DNA of 61,838 nt, the filler included, from Sphacelaria rigidula (taxonomy: Eukaryota): assembly GCA_964200075.2 (NCBI GenBank). It is 11 parts of 11 records of this genome, joined end to end, with 100 filler letters (N's around TTAATTAATTAA, not from the genome) between each part and the next. Parts side by side here need not be neighbours in the genome. Positions count along the whole stretch, not along the records: positions 1 to 5,531 come from CAXNAA020026581.1; positions 5,632 to 11,162 come from CAXNAA020026582.1; positions 11,263 to 16,793 come from CAXNAA020026583.1; 8 more parts are not named here. One strand, given 5' to 3'. The number at the start of each line of letters is the position of its first letter. Position 1 is the first letter of the stretch. Below, one piece after another: positions 1 to 12,225 of the stretch. Under the pieces are notes generated by a model, which saw only the letters and a program-made list of their open reading frames with translations, did no database searches and was not told the origin of the DNA. Both the position numbers and the translations under genes were made by a program.

Positions 1-317
1 GTACTACCGTGCAGTGAAAAGCACAACCGTCACCTCTACAGTCATTTATAAATACAGCAAGGCGGTGTTCGTATTGATCGTCTTGCGTCACGCAGCCCAC
101 CATGTATTGCTCAGGTAACGTATCGCAGTAGTACAGACAGTCAGTACGGATCGTACACCACGACACCACAGCAGAGTGCTGCATCTATCTCGCGCGCAAA
201 ATTTCTTCAATAGTACCCTACCTCTCCCATGATCATTAAACCTCACTCGTGATTATTGAAGCACTATCCTCTAGGATTTTAAACTTCATTGCAAACTTGA
301 AGTTTCACCACTGCATG

Positions 318-622
318 TGACGTGTTCATGACGTTTCATGTAACGTGTAACGTGTAACGTCTAATGCACGTGAACGTGTAATAGACGTTACACGTTACAT
401 GAAACGTTTCGTATTACGTGATTTGAACGTTTGGGCAATTGAACGTTCACGTTACGTTACTCATGTCATGTTAAAAAATTAACGTTGCGTTAACGTTTCA
501 TTTGAAATTTTAACGTTACGTTTACGTTACGTACATCACGATTTTTTTTTTAACGTTCACGTTACGTTTCGGCCAAAACGTAACGTGAACGTAACGTGTA
601 ACGCTGTGGCACGTGCAACGTG
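318..622. repeat. ACGT-core (TAACGT/GTTACG/GTGAACG) low-complexity repeat with internal inverted repeats
   Basis: Dozens of AACGT/ACGTT motifs; 331-363 is roughly the reverse complement of 382-407. Confidence 0.75.
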
Positions 623-894
623 TAGACCCCTGCAAAATACAAAGTACACCATTGCTTGCAATTCAAGTGCATGGTTGCTTGTGGGTCCCGACGTGAATCA
701 TTCTGCGCTCTTATCCCCGCGTGCTGCTAGCCTTGGCCTGTTTGCATCCTCCTCTCCTCACGGAGAGTCTGCTGCTGCATATTACAGGTGAATGGTTTTC
801 CAATCGCTCACCGCTTTGAGTGGGATTTGAATGTCATCCCAGCGTGCCCACAAAAACAATCCGAGAATCTATGCCCCTTTTTCGAATCCTGGAG

Positions 895-925
<31 letters not shown>

Positions 926-1732
926 GTGGTTACTAGTCCCTGTACATGAAAAAGAAATAAAAGTTGGATAATAAAGAAGTAGAGTAGAAAGTATACAAAA
1001 ACATGAAAATTCGTGGTAATGAAGCCTTAATTCTTCGCATACCTTCGGGGCCAAGTAAGGCCAAGTTATATCTATGGGTTTCGGCAATACATTGCACATC
1101 ACATTTCCACGACAAGAACAAGACCAGACAAATACCAGAATGCTCTGCAATGCTTGCTCAATCAACCTGAACGCATCTATCTGCACCGTCAATTTGCCTC
1201 CAATGTGCGTCGCATCTTGTAGTGGCAGATAGGACCAACAATCATGTGCGCTACCTCACCCAAGTCGCCCCAAAATGACTGTTTATTAAGTGTTTCTTGA
1301 TGTGAAAAAACAAACAAACTACGACCGCCGGGGGGGGTGGGGTACACAGGGTCTCGGAGTCTTTTTGGGCATTCCTGTGTCATATACTGTACGACTTTTA
1401 GCTCCTCAATGTGAGGGGTCACATTTTCTACAGTTTTCTACATTTTTGAAGGAAAATCAATGCCAAACAATGCAATCTTTTCCGCCCCCGGCGGCGCTCC
1501 CGCGGGGCCCCCTCACCAGCCGGGGGGAGACGTTGGCCGATTCTTTCCCAGTTTATCAGCTTTGCCGATTGGGAAACAGTTGATGTACTGGCCACTCCAG
1601 CGGCCAATGTAAATTTGACTGCCCAGAGCAGCCAGTTCACAGCCCGGAAGTAGTCAGCATCACAAGTTTTCAGAATTCGTACTTGTTCTATTTTTTGAGT
1701 TTTTCTGGAGTACTATTCTTCACAACTACTTG

Positions 1733-2230
1733 AAAGTGCTAGCGCCGGTAGATTTAGAGAGGAAGCGTAGGCCGCGCTCAAACTTCAGTGCTCAAGTTGG
1801 TGTTTTTGGGGCGATACAGACTTGATACCCCGTTCATCAGGAGGGTGTAATTGCCCGATTTTGGTCCAATATAAGCAGTTTTCCCGCTCTTCAGAGACGA
1901 AACGGTAAATATTCAGATGAATGAATACGTACAAAATTCTTTACAATAACGATCGAGATCGTGTTTCCTTCCGATACTGCACATACCTCAGTCTAGCATT
2001 TTCTGCGGATGGCCTATTTTCGTTTTTTTTTTCGCATAACATTTTCCATGAACACTCGAAAGTGCTAGCGTCGATAGTTTTGGCAAAACAAGCAAACCGT
2101 GCTCAAATCACAATCGCCCAAGTTGGTGTCGTGGGGGCGATACCGGGTAAAGACTCCGTTTATCAGGAGGGTGTTATGGACCGTAAATGGTCCAAGAAAC
2201 ATAGTTCTCCTGCTTTAGAGCAGTTACTAG
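1733..2230. repeat. Degenerate direct repeat (~326-bp period), probably internal to a non-autonomous DNA transposon
   Basis: GAAAGTGCTAGCG...CAAGTTGGTGT...GGGGCGATAC...TCAGGAGGGTGT occurs from ~1733 and again from ~2059. Confidence 0.6.
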
Positions 2231-2555
2231 GTGGAATTTCAAAAAAACAATACTTTCTGAGTCTTCCTCTTTACGATTCGGATCGAGTCGGTCCACCGAA
2301 AGTACCGAAAAGGTAGAGCCTAGGGTCGTATTTTCGCAGGACCCCCGAAGATCGGTCAAGCCCGTAAGTCGCTCATTATTGATCGCAGATATTTTTTCTT
2401 TCAATATTTGTCAAGAGCTATAACATATCTCCGGATGCTCATTTTTTGGCATCCAACAGTCACTGTGATGATTGGTGGCAAGCGAAACAAATTTGGACAA
2501 TCCGTGAGAAACTAAGAAATTACGGATTCTGCATACTTTTGACGCTGACTACTAT

Positions 2556-2772
2556 GGTGATAGTGATAATGATAATGATAATGATGATGATAATGATGAT
2601 GATAATAATGATGATGATAATGATAATGATGACGATAATGATAATGATAATGATAATGATAATGATAATGATAATGATAATGATAATGATAATGATAATG
2701 GCAATAATAATAATAAAAATAAAAATAATAATAAAAATAATAATAATAAAAATAAAAAAAAAAATAATAATA

Positions 2773-2807
<35 letters not shown>

Positions 2808-2830
2808 AAAAAAAGACAAAAAAAAAGAAA
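2556..2830. repeat. Compound microsatellite (ATGATA)n to (AAT)n to poly(A)
   Basis: Directly visible. Confidence 0.95.
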
Positions 2831-3572
2831 CGATGTAGGGCGTATAAATCTCACACAGATTGAAGTGTCAAATCAAAATCAAATGAAAAACAGACGTGGA
2901 TGATATGAGGGCACTCACTTCACTGTTTCCCCCCGTACACAATGGAACATGACTTACCATGTTATCCGCAGCTAACCCAGCTACGACCGCGTCTGCCGAA
3001 ACACCGAGCGTCTCGCACACCTGAGAAGAAGAGATTGATCGCCAAGAAGAGCAGATGGGCGCGAAGGAACAACAGGGATTCGACGGAGCGGGGAATAAAT
3101 ACAGTACTCCCACATACCACGGAACAAAAACATAGCCAGGGTAAATACGTACGTCCTTGGGTTCTATTGCAATGCTTCGTCTTTCGGCAGGTGTGCACCA
3201 GTTTTTTTTCCGTCACAGTTTCAAGGTTCCTTCTCCCTCGCCTCCCTCCCCACACCCCTCGTCAGGGTTGGCGTTGGTTGGCAACGACGCTGTACATCAC
3301 GCCGATCACGGCGTAAGCTAGGCGACCAGGATCCCGGTCTTTTCCGCGCTTGCGTTTTCTTGCGCTAACCATTATGGCCGAGCAAGATCATGCTGTGCGC
3401 GGGGGGGGGGGGAATTCACCTTCGCGCGAAATGGATGATCATACTGTGCTTCGTTTGAATCATGAAATACCCATGAGGCAGTGTGTATCCGGTGGCCGCG
3501 CGGATCTGGATCCTCCGCAACAAGCGATCGATGTGGAGGAAGAAGTGAACACACATACAATATTTGATTGCT

Positions 3573-3784
3573 CAACCCTCTGACCGCGAGGGTAGGCGAT
3601 CAGGTGAATCTGCATCGTTCACACCCAAAAAATATGAAATATTCTGATTTCATATATCCCCTACCCTCGCGGTCAAAGGGTTGCCCCTTTTGACGGAGCA
3701 TGGAGCATAGATCATCTGTCGAATTTCACTTGAAAAACGCATGCATGGCTAGATGGACTCGTGCCCTCGCGGCCAAGCGGTCAA
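3573..3784. mobile_element. Two adjacent ~105-bp MITEs of the (TT)AACCCTTTGACCGCGAG family
   Basis: TIR AACCCTCTGACCGCGAGGGTAGG / CCTACCCTCGCGGTCAAAGGGTT; same family as 28741-29366, 33478-33590, ~25811-25910 and ~58601-58696. Confidence 0.7.
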
Positions 3785-4064
3785 AAGCAATGAATTGGTC
3801 GATGATCGAAGACACCGAATATTAATAATGTTTTGAACCATTCGACCATGCGAAGGAGGATTCGTGTTGAGCTTTTTTCTTCCCATCGCGAAAAGCGAGG
3901 CAGAAAACTACAACCTGATGATATATGTTATGCAGGTCATTCGGACAAGAATGTAACATCATGAGCGACACCGGGTTTGCCAGCGGCGAGTTCGGCACAT
4001 GGCGAGAGAAAGCTATGAGAATTTGTTCCCGGGGGAGGCTACCGGGCGTAGCTAATCCAATCAT

Positions 4065-4590
4065 GTTTTCCCTGTGTGAGCTATGAGAGCTACGTGAGCT
4101 ACACATGTTTGTCTTGGGTGAGCTATTGAGTGTAGCTCATCCGTATATGTTTCCCCTGGGTGAGCTATAAGAGCTGCATGAGCTACACATGATTTTCCTG
4201 GGTGAGCTGCTATGAGAGCTACATGAGCTAAACATGATTTTCCTGGGTGAGCTGCTATGACAGCTACATGAGCTACGCACACTTGTCCCAGGTGAGCTAC
4301 CAACCCGTAGCTCATCAGCTCATATTCGCCCTGGGTGAGCTATGAGAGCTACATGAGCTACGCACGTTTGTCGTGGGTGAGCTACCAACCCGCAGCTCAT
4401 CAGCTCATATTCGCCCTGGATGAGCTATGAGAGCTACATGAGCTACGCATGTTTGTCCTAGGTGAGCAACCAACCCGTAGCTCATCAGTGCACGTTCACC
4501 TTGGGTGAGCTATCGGAAGTAGCTCGCATGTACATGCTTGACTACAATCGAGCTGCAGCTCGCAGATGAGCTAGCTCATGAGCTCTCCGA
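4065..4590. repeat. GAGCT-rich minisatellite (~40-46-bp unit GGGTGAGCTATGAGAGCTACATGAGCTAC...)
   Basis: About 10 or more tandem degenerate units; a related reverse-oriented block lies at ~30950-31200. Confidence 0.85.
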
Positions 4591-5531
4591 CCTGTGCAAC
4601 TATTACAGAACTCACCGTACGTTATATTTTGTATTGCGAACAATGTCTGCGATACTGTACCGTTTGACGAGTATATATCTACAAGAGACAACCAATCTGT
4701 GCACACGAAAGCAGCTGGGTTGCCTGCCTGTCAAGCATGTGCGATAAGTTGAAGGATTGGTGATGGTGGTATGTCTGTGTGCGTGAGTTGTTGATGTGCA
4801 TGCCGTTATGATGCGTCGTCTCTATTGTGCGCGGGCAAAGTCAAAAATGTGTCCCTTAGACCGGCGGGTCTGCTCAAACGTGATGTGAAAGTGGTTCTAT
4901 CGTACAGGCGGATTCTGTTAACTTGCTTACACCGGAAGAAATACGCCGGCCGTAAAATGTATATACCGGGAGGCGGAGGTCGCCTGTGGCAAATATCAGA
5001 TAGCGTGTGAGAGTATACATACCTAACAAAAACAAAAAGTGATCTAGTGACATCTCGAACGGAAACTTAAAACGTCCCGTTGACAGGGGCATAACCAAAG
5101 GCTTGACAGGCAACTCAACACCATCAACCGTGACCTTCGGGATCGCATTGCCCTCACAAAACAAAACACAAGCTCGATCTATAGCTGCTCATCAGCTGAG
5201 CATGTTGTGTGTGACCTTGCTCAAATCGGTTCAGAACCGCTGGCGAACGCGTATCAACAGAACCTGCCGGCAGAGTCGAACCAGTTCCAACAGGACATTT
5301 GTGCGGACGCTCCGGTCCAACGAACATCATTTCCGAATCCACCCACATACAACAGACAGAGCCGGCATGATATTCATAAATCGGGAAGCGGAGCTGACTT
5401 GCGGCGAACCTCAGATGACGCATGAAAGTATACACACGTCGGACGGATCAGATCGCATGCTTGTCCGATGGTGATCTGTAGGACCCGCTTGACCCGTACA
5501 TATTTGCCGAGCGACGAGCTGTACGACCCAG

Positions 5532-5631
5532 NNNNNNNNNNNNNNNNNNNNNNNNNNNNNNNNNNNNNNNNNNNNTTAATTAATTAANNNNNNNNNNNNN
5601 NNNNNNNNNNNNNNNNNNNNNNNNNNNNNNN
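5532..5631. other. Artificial 100-bp contig spacer (N44-TTAATTAATTAA-N44); identical spacers at 11163-11262, 16794-16893, 22425-22524, 28056-28155, 33687-33786, 39318-39417, 44949-45048, 50579-50678, 56209-56308
   Basis: Identical N-runs with a central six-frame-stop 12-mer, spaced exactly 5631 or 5630 bp apart. Confidence 0.98.
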
Positions 5632-6145
5632 GGCGTGTTTTATAGCTTCATCGCCAACCGACGCCAACCCCATCGGGGGTCCGCTCATGTGCGAAGGGGG
5701 AGGGGCGGCATATATATATATATATTACTTTCGAGGAATGGGAAGGGTGTGAGGCGGCACGTTCGTGACTTTTGCATGCCATAGACGATAAACCATCGGC
5801 CACGTATCCTCAGGAGTACAAAATATTGTTTTCCCGTGAGAGCAGTCGACCAAGGCCACTTCCCTGTCCTTAATCCTTCCACCTCGCCATGAATGCTGTC
5901 TTGCGAAGGTTCTGCCTATGTATTCGAATGTTATTCCCGGCTTTTACCGATCACGTTACTATCAGTCATTTGTATCTGTCGGAAGGGAAGGGGGGGGCGC
6001 GAAGGAGAGGAGAGGTGGTACGCGGTTCCATGAACAAGCTGTGGTGACTTCAGAAGTGTATTATCTTCCATGTTGGGTTAGCTCCCGGTTAAAAACATTC
6101 AATCTAGAAGAACGGGCGTACGCTGACGTGATGAAGGGAGAGTTT

Positions 6146-6350
6146 CAAGGGCAGGTCGAGTAGAGTATACTCCATTACAGGGTATTTTGAAAGACGTACT
6201 TGAGGTACTCAAATTTCGGTAGAGTGTCAGGAGTCGTACCCGAAAAATGACTGGAAAGCGATCCCTGAAACCCTACTCCCAATTTGTGTACTTCAAGTAC
6301 GACTTTCAAAATACCCCGCAATTGGGTATACTGTACTCGACCCGCCCTTG
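6146..6350. mobile_element. hAT-like MITE (205 bp)
   Basis: TIR CAAGGGCAGGTCGAGTAGAGTATAC; 8-bp flanks GAGAGTTT/GAGGGTTT (TSD with one mismatch). Confidence 0.8.
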
Positions 6351-6628
6351 GAGGGTTTGAAGAAAACACCCCGGATCACCTGCGCCGAGGTACTTTCCAT
6401 CACCTCAACGTTCGACTAGTCCGAACGTGCCGAACAGCATGGGATGCTATGCCCCAAAAACATCGGGTGACCCAGCCACTGTTGGCTTTGTTGTGCATGA
6501 GTCAGACAAAATGCTTCCCGTCGATTTTTTCACGGAGACGTCTTGTGTTTTTAGTTCTCTTCTTATCGCGGAAAATGTTCCCTGCCGTATGATGCCATCA
6601 CTTGCACGTTGTTTCCCCTTTCCTTCAG

Positions 6629-6832
6629 ACTTCCCCTGGATCATCAATATTGGCGACGGGATCGGAAGACGGGTTTGTGGGTTTGTGGGATCGCAGGATA
6701 GAAAACGCCTCCAGAAAGGGGGCAGCAACATTGGGGTATCTTAGTCCGGCACGGGCTACAGCCGGGGATCATTCCACAGGATCTCCCTTGGGAGAGGCGA
6801 TAGGCCGAAGGGCATGGGTTTCCTGCTTAGAG
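6629..6832 (+). CDS. THOC6: Internal exon of a WD40-repeat protein, THO complex subunit 6-like
   Basis: CAG acceptor and GTGAG donor; 204 bp, phase 0; encodes ILATGSEDGFVGLWDRR...AWVSCLE, resembling the THOC6 GGEDGAVRLWD...WIGCL segment. Confidence 0.7.
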
Positions 6833-7127
6833 GTGAGATACGCATTCACGGTCTTCGGTAGAGCTGATGAACAATGAAAAATACCCCTTTCCCCGTTCGC
6901 CAACGGATTTTTGTAAAACTTTAGTTGGTAGTTAGGTATACTCTTATCTAGCTAGAATGAAATTCAATTCACGTCATGACGAGAATTGACCTGAATTCAT
7001 CCCGGAAAGAAGCGATACTCCAATCGTAGAAGTAGCTCCACGACTGTTATGGTACACCTCGACCCTGTTGTCGTAGGCTTTTGTGCTCTTTTTCAACACT
7101 GCTCTCCACTTTTGGCATTATTTGCAG

Positions 7128-7253
7128 ATCGACGACGGCGGACACACGTTGGCGTGCGGCGGCGGCGCGGCGGGGGAAGGAGGGCGAGGATGGATTAGTC
7201 AATGGAATCTCGCCACGAGGACAGCTATAGGCGGCACATTGCTCCCTGCCGAG
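7128..7253 (+). CDS. THOC6: Next exon of the same THOC6-like WD40 gene
   Basis: TTTGCAG acceptor and GT donor; 126 bp, in phase with the previous exon; IDDGGHTLACGGG...WISQWNLATRT matches the THOC6 pattern WMVCGGG..LTLWHL. Confidence 0.7.
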
Positions 7254-7653
7254 GTCACGTCGTATACAACATGCACTTTAAAATATTCCACACCAACTTG
7301 TACACAATTTTGGACGAGACTGACCTCTGAGGAACCCTGAATCTAGCCAACAATGATTTTTGAACCACACACGATTTGTGGTTGCCCATGTGATTGTATC
7401 CATTCTTGTTGAGCCCCCCTGGACTTCTACGTTAGTTGTTTGAACGCCCATCCTCTACGATGGAAATAAACACGGGGTTTCCCTTGCGTTTCCAGATATT
7501 CGACGCGGGCTGTCGTCTTCTCTGATCTGCGTAGGTGAGCAAGGTATGCGAGGAAGAATGTAAACTGCAGAGGGTAAAAGAGTAGGTCGGCATCTAAGGG
7601 GAGGCTAGTTTACCGCTCGGTGGGGTGAAGAACTTTTCAGGAATATATTATTT

Positions 7654-7859
7654 CAAGAGCAGGTCGAGTAGAGTACACTCGATTGCGGGGTATTTTGAAA
7701 GACGTACTTGAGGTACTCAAATTAGGGTAGAGTGTTGGAAGTCGTACCCAAAAAATAACGGGAAAGCGATTCCTAAAACCCTACCCCCCATTTGTGTACT
7801 TTAAGAACGAGTTTCAAAAAAACCCCACGATAGAGTATACTCTACTCGACCTGCCTTTG
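7654..7859. mobile_element. hAT-like MITE, second copy (206 bp)
   Basis: Same TIRs as 6146-6350; 8-bp flanks TATTATTT/TATAATTT. Confidence 0.8.
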
Positions 7860-7869
7860 TATAATTTTG

Positions 7870-8080
7870 AAAACTCTAACTCTAACTCTAGTCATGATCT
7901 CAATCCTCACCGCCACCAAGGCATACCGAGAACCCTCGGGCAAGGGGGGTGCAAAGTGTTCCCTACGCAACTTGTGCATTGCCAGACTCGGCGCGTCGAT
8001 TTGGACAAAAACGCGTTTTGCACACACGAGGAGCACAGCCCCCATTAAAGATCCGAATCTCTGTGTCCACACTAAAATCA
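7870..8080. repeat. Interspersed repeat carrying degenerate AACCCT-like motifs (also ~25255-25420, ~26170-26340 rc, ~29865-29925 rc)
   Basis: Shared core AACCCTCGGGCAAGGGGGGTGC...AAAACGCGTT. Confidence 0.6.
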
Positions 8081-10284
8081 AGTTGGCCAACTTCACCTGT
8101 CCAGGGGTCCTAAAATATGGCAGCAATGCACACGTACAATCTTGAAAAAACGAACGCACGCACACACGCATAGGCGAAAGAGCCAGTTGGGCGCATTCAT
8201 TTCGCTATTGGAGCTGATGCCGATTAGTGGCGTTGGTCCATGTTACGAGATGAAGTTTATTCAAGGAAAATTGGACACCTCGGTCAGCTAAAAACTATTG
8301 AATCACAGTTGAGTAGTTGCTTCCCGTAGTTTTCCCCTTCATAGCTAGTGAAAAATGTTTGTTATCCAAGAGTTCTTTGGTATTTACAAGCAACTGGATG
8401 GTACATGTCCCCATACGGCAGATGTTTCCAGAAAATTATTTGGGTTGTTAAACTACAGGCAACCAGGTGATGACTGAAACGTTCTTATACATCAGTGTCC
8501 CTGACGGTGCTGATAGTCAGCGAACGGCGGCTCCTGTCATTCCAAGCGCCGTTTCGTCGATGAATACATGATTTACAGCGTAGGGCAGGGCAGCGCATCA
8601 TGTATCAACCTGAAGTCCTTAAGCAGATCCAACCGAGGTGAAAAGAAAGTTGATAGTTGATCCGTTTATTTTTCACCGGTGTATATGTTTAACCCTTGAA
8701 CAGCTTCCCCCCAGCAGGTGGACCGAGATGGACTATGCCACATTTGGGGTTCAGAACAGCTGTTTTCTCGCTACACAAAACGCATTTTTTCATGATTATG
8801 TGGATGCTGGGGATGTATATAGAAAACAGTGCCGAGAAAACCCTTGGCCGGTTTTGACTGTGCAGTTTGAAGCGTGCAGAGTCAGAATGTGTGCGGTATG
8901 TCTCCGCTGGATACAACGGCAAGAAATAGTAAGGGTACCATCGCTCCCCACTGAACACAATTGACCGCATGCTGCTAATGCCTCTGCCGATCAAGAGTGT
9001 TCCACAACACTACAGACAGTGTGGAGCTATACTGGCGACACGTGAGACGTCAGACAGGCTGCAAAGACCACGAGCAGAGTACAAACACGTTATTTGTTCC
9101 CGTGTAATCTATGGTTGAATTCCCGAGACTAAAATGCAATATGGCAGTAGACAGCGAAGTAGTCCACCTGGAGGGGAACTACGTGCTCATTTTGACGACC
9201 GTGGTTGGTCAGAATGGTCATTCCACGCCTCTCGGGCCTCCGTCCTGGCTTGGAATCTTCCGCGGTAAACTTCTGCAGACACGTGGTTGACTTGGTGTGA
9301 TTTTCCGGCTGCTCTGCGGACAGACACCCCCCGCGCACTGGCGACCCCTGAATGTCTCCGGACTGTTAGCCTGTGAAACTGTTCCGAAGTGACGCTCACT
9401 GTCTAAGGGTAAAGGCAATTGGTTGGTACGCGTTTCCATCTGAGAGCTGCAGACAACTACTGCGCGCATGTTTTCGTTCGATAAGTTTATAACCGGCATC
9501 TGAGTTCGTGAATTGTTCATCCGAGAGTTGTTCGTGAGCAAATGCGGTTCTCTACAGGCTGGTTCACGCTTATCACCCAAAATTGTGTCATCAGCAGATG
9601 CCTTCCACAATACCTACGCAGCAGTCGCATACATGATAACATACTGACCGCCATGAACAGCTGAAGAGCGTGACATAGCCGGATTTTAATGTAAGGCCAT
9701 AGCGGTAGCGCTAAGGGCGAAAAGGTATATCGACCAATCAGCGCCCGTCAGATTGTTCCGCGATCGAAATTACGAATTCCAAGCCCAATTTCTACCCAAT
9801 TTCCACATGCTTCAAATCGTAAAAACCGTCATCGGCTCGGGAATCTAACGGAAAAAAAACATATTTGAAAATGGTTACTACGGAGTCGAATTATACCCGA
9901 ACCCGTTATGTTTCGGTGATGTCGGGTGTTGGCGTCGTTTAATTTGCACTAATAATACACGCACGAAAGACCCAGGGAGCCTTGTGACGGTGTCCCCTCT
10001 ATCTGTTGTAGAAAAGCTCAGATTGCCCTCAAACTTGGCAGTTCCGTAGGTATTGATGCTCCAAATAGAAAAATTGTGTTCTTGACTATATTTCATGGTT
10101 TCTCCGTTCTCTACCAGCTTCTGGGGGTTCCAGTATGAAGACCCTCGGAAGGCGGTACAGAATGCCCTAAAAGAAAAATAATAAAGTGATGCGCCCCGGG
10201 ATAGAGCAGGGACCACATGTTCAAAGTTTGGTGCAGACACTCGGAAACCTCATGCAGTTTTTCTTGCCTTGACGTGAAGTTCAC

Positions 10285-11020
10285 CTCAAAAGACGTTTCC
10301 ATACTGAAACTGAGTAGTTGGGAGTTGCACGTTTCAAGCCCACGTTCTCCACAAACCGCAAACCCTCACGCCGTTGTTTAGAGTTAGATCCTGAAACTTT
10401 GCAAAAATATGCTACGTATAACTACGCAACTTTCAATGGATCATGTTTTTTCACTTCTTGATTTTTTCACAGTTTTTCGGGGGTCCGACGGGGGTCCAAG
10501 TCGTTTTTCGAAGTAGTCTCCATTCTGGGACCCGGGGAAACCGGCACGACGATATTTTTTTTCATTTTTTCGCGAGCGAGCTGTCCCCGCATAGCCCGAG
10601 GAAGGGTCCCACAAACCTTTGTCGCAAAAATCGATCAACTGATGCTTGAATTTTCATGTTCACGTCAAATAAGGCCCAAAAACGCCGTTTTGGTACTAAA
10701 ATCAAGTAGTTGGCGGTTTCACTGCGGCAAGTCAAAGTTCATCGCACAAAAGCGAAAGCCCTCACGCCGTTTTCAGGAGTTAGACCCTGAAATTTCGCAC
10801 AGCTGTGCTATGGGTCATGACACAACTTCGGATGAACGAGCGCTTTTTGAGTTTTTTTTTCTTTACCGCTTTACGGGGGACCAATTGGATTGATGTTTTC
10901 CGGGAAAAAATGGGACCCCCGAAAAACGGAGAAAAAAGTCAGAAATTCTGAAAGCCTCGACCTTCAAAAGTTGCGTAATGCCCCATAGAACATCTGTGCA
11001 AAATTCAGGGTCTAGGGCCG
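10285..11020. repeat. Internal direct and inverted repeats of a probable non-autonomous DNA element
   Basis: CCCTCACGCCGTT...GAGTTAGA(T/C)CCTGAAA at ~10365 and ~10760, with a reverse copy at ~10965-11020. Confidence 0.5.
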
Positions 11021-11339
11021 TTTCTTCCGGTTGGTTATTTCCCCTCGTTTTTGCAAAAACTTACGAGGAAAAAATACCGCTAGAAAAATACGATGAGAGA
11101 TGCTGACCCTGCCTTACGGTTCCAGACATAATTTTTAGGGGGGGGGGCGTACTCATTTGTGGNNNNNNNNNNNNNNNNNNNNNNNNNNNNNNNNNNNNNN
11201 NNNNNNTTAATTAATTAANNNNNNNNNNNNNNNNNNNNNNNNNNNNNNNNNNNNNNNNNNNNGAGGGTAGTCGAGCTAGATCATGTTGTGCGGCGGGGGA
11301 GACCCTCAACTCTGCACAATGGGGATGATCGCACCGCGT

Positions 11340-12225
11340 AGTGTTGAAAATGGTGAGACACCCATGAGGCCTTGTATAAGCCGTGGCTGTCTCGGGAAGT
11401 GGCGATACCAGACAATAAAGCAACTCATCCTAGGCTGTCATCCAAATGCAAGAGAATCAGTAGGCTTCGGGCCGAATAATCTTGGCAGGGTGCAGCTCAC
11501 CCTTAATACGACACGCCGAACACACCACAGCGTTTCGCGCTTGGTGATCGAGTGTGAGCCTGGTCCGGCGAAAACCTGGCGTGAGATGCGAGGTCAATGG
11601 TCTGATGACTATGGCATGCATGATCAGGAGTACACACACACACACACACACACCTCCCCCCCCCGGTCTTCACCCTTGTCTCCACGCCAGCAGATCGTTC
11701 CTCGTGGTTCGATTGGTGCACGATCCCAACCGAAATGCGTGCGGACTGTTCCCAGGATCGGCGGCAGCACTGGCGGAGCTGAGGGTTCACGTCGTACTCG
11801 GCTGCGTCACGGGAAAGGTTGGTTATTGTGAGGAGAGAAGGGGGGAGGGGGGCGTACTTATTTCGTGCTTGCCTTAGCCATTCGACCATTGACCACTCAT
11901 CTCTTTCGAGATGGACCAAGAAGGGTGGGAAGGGGAAGGGGAAGGAGTGTACTCATGATCCTGGCACCCCTACAAAGTCGGGACGGAGCAGACCGGGTTT
12001 TCGCCAGACCAGGCTCGCAACCAATCATCGATCGTGAAGCGCCGTGGTGTGTTCGGCGAGTCGCAGAGAGGCTGAGCCGCTTCCTGCTGAGAGTGTGCGA
12101 CCCGAAGCCTACTGGTCATTGTGCATTTGGATAACAGCCTCCAATAAGTTGCCTCATCTTCTGGTATCGTCACTTCCAGAGGCAGCCACGGGTTCCGCAG
12201 TACCTCTTGCGTTTCTCACCATTGG
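11340..12225. repeat. Inverted repeat pair (~11340-11475 vs ~12100-12225)
   Basis: GCCGTGGCTGTCTCGGGAAGTGGCGATACCAG...AGTAGGCTTCGGG is reverse-complemented downstream. Confidence 0.65.
11840..11920 (+). repeat. High-copy interspersed repeat G(n)CGTACTCATTTGTTGCTTGCCTTAGTCGTTTGACCATTGACCACGCATCC(C)TTTCGAGACGG
   Basis: Copies near 11140, 13250, 16050, 16320, 16985, 22300 (rc), 30670 (rc), 57560 (rc) and 61770. Confidence 0.85.

Noticed and set aside
2446..2854. ORFs rich in Ile/Met/Lys/Phe or Leu/Ser
   Set aside because: Translations of a microsatellite.
4065..4590. Possible CRISPR-like array
   Set aside because: No unique spacers, degenerate contiguous units, eukaryotic context and no cas genes.
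9218..9610. 130-aa minus-strand ORF
   Set aside because: No recognisable motif, and only weak splice support.
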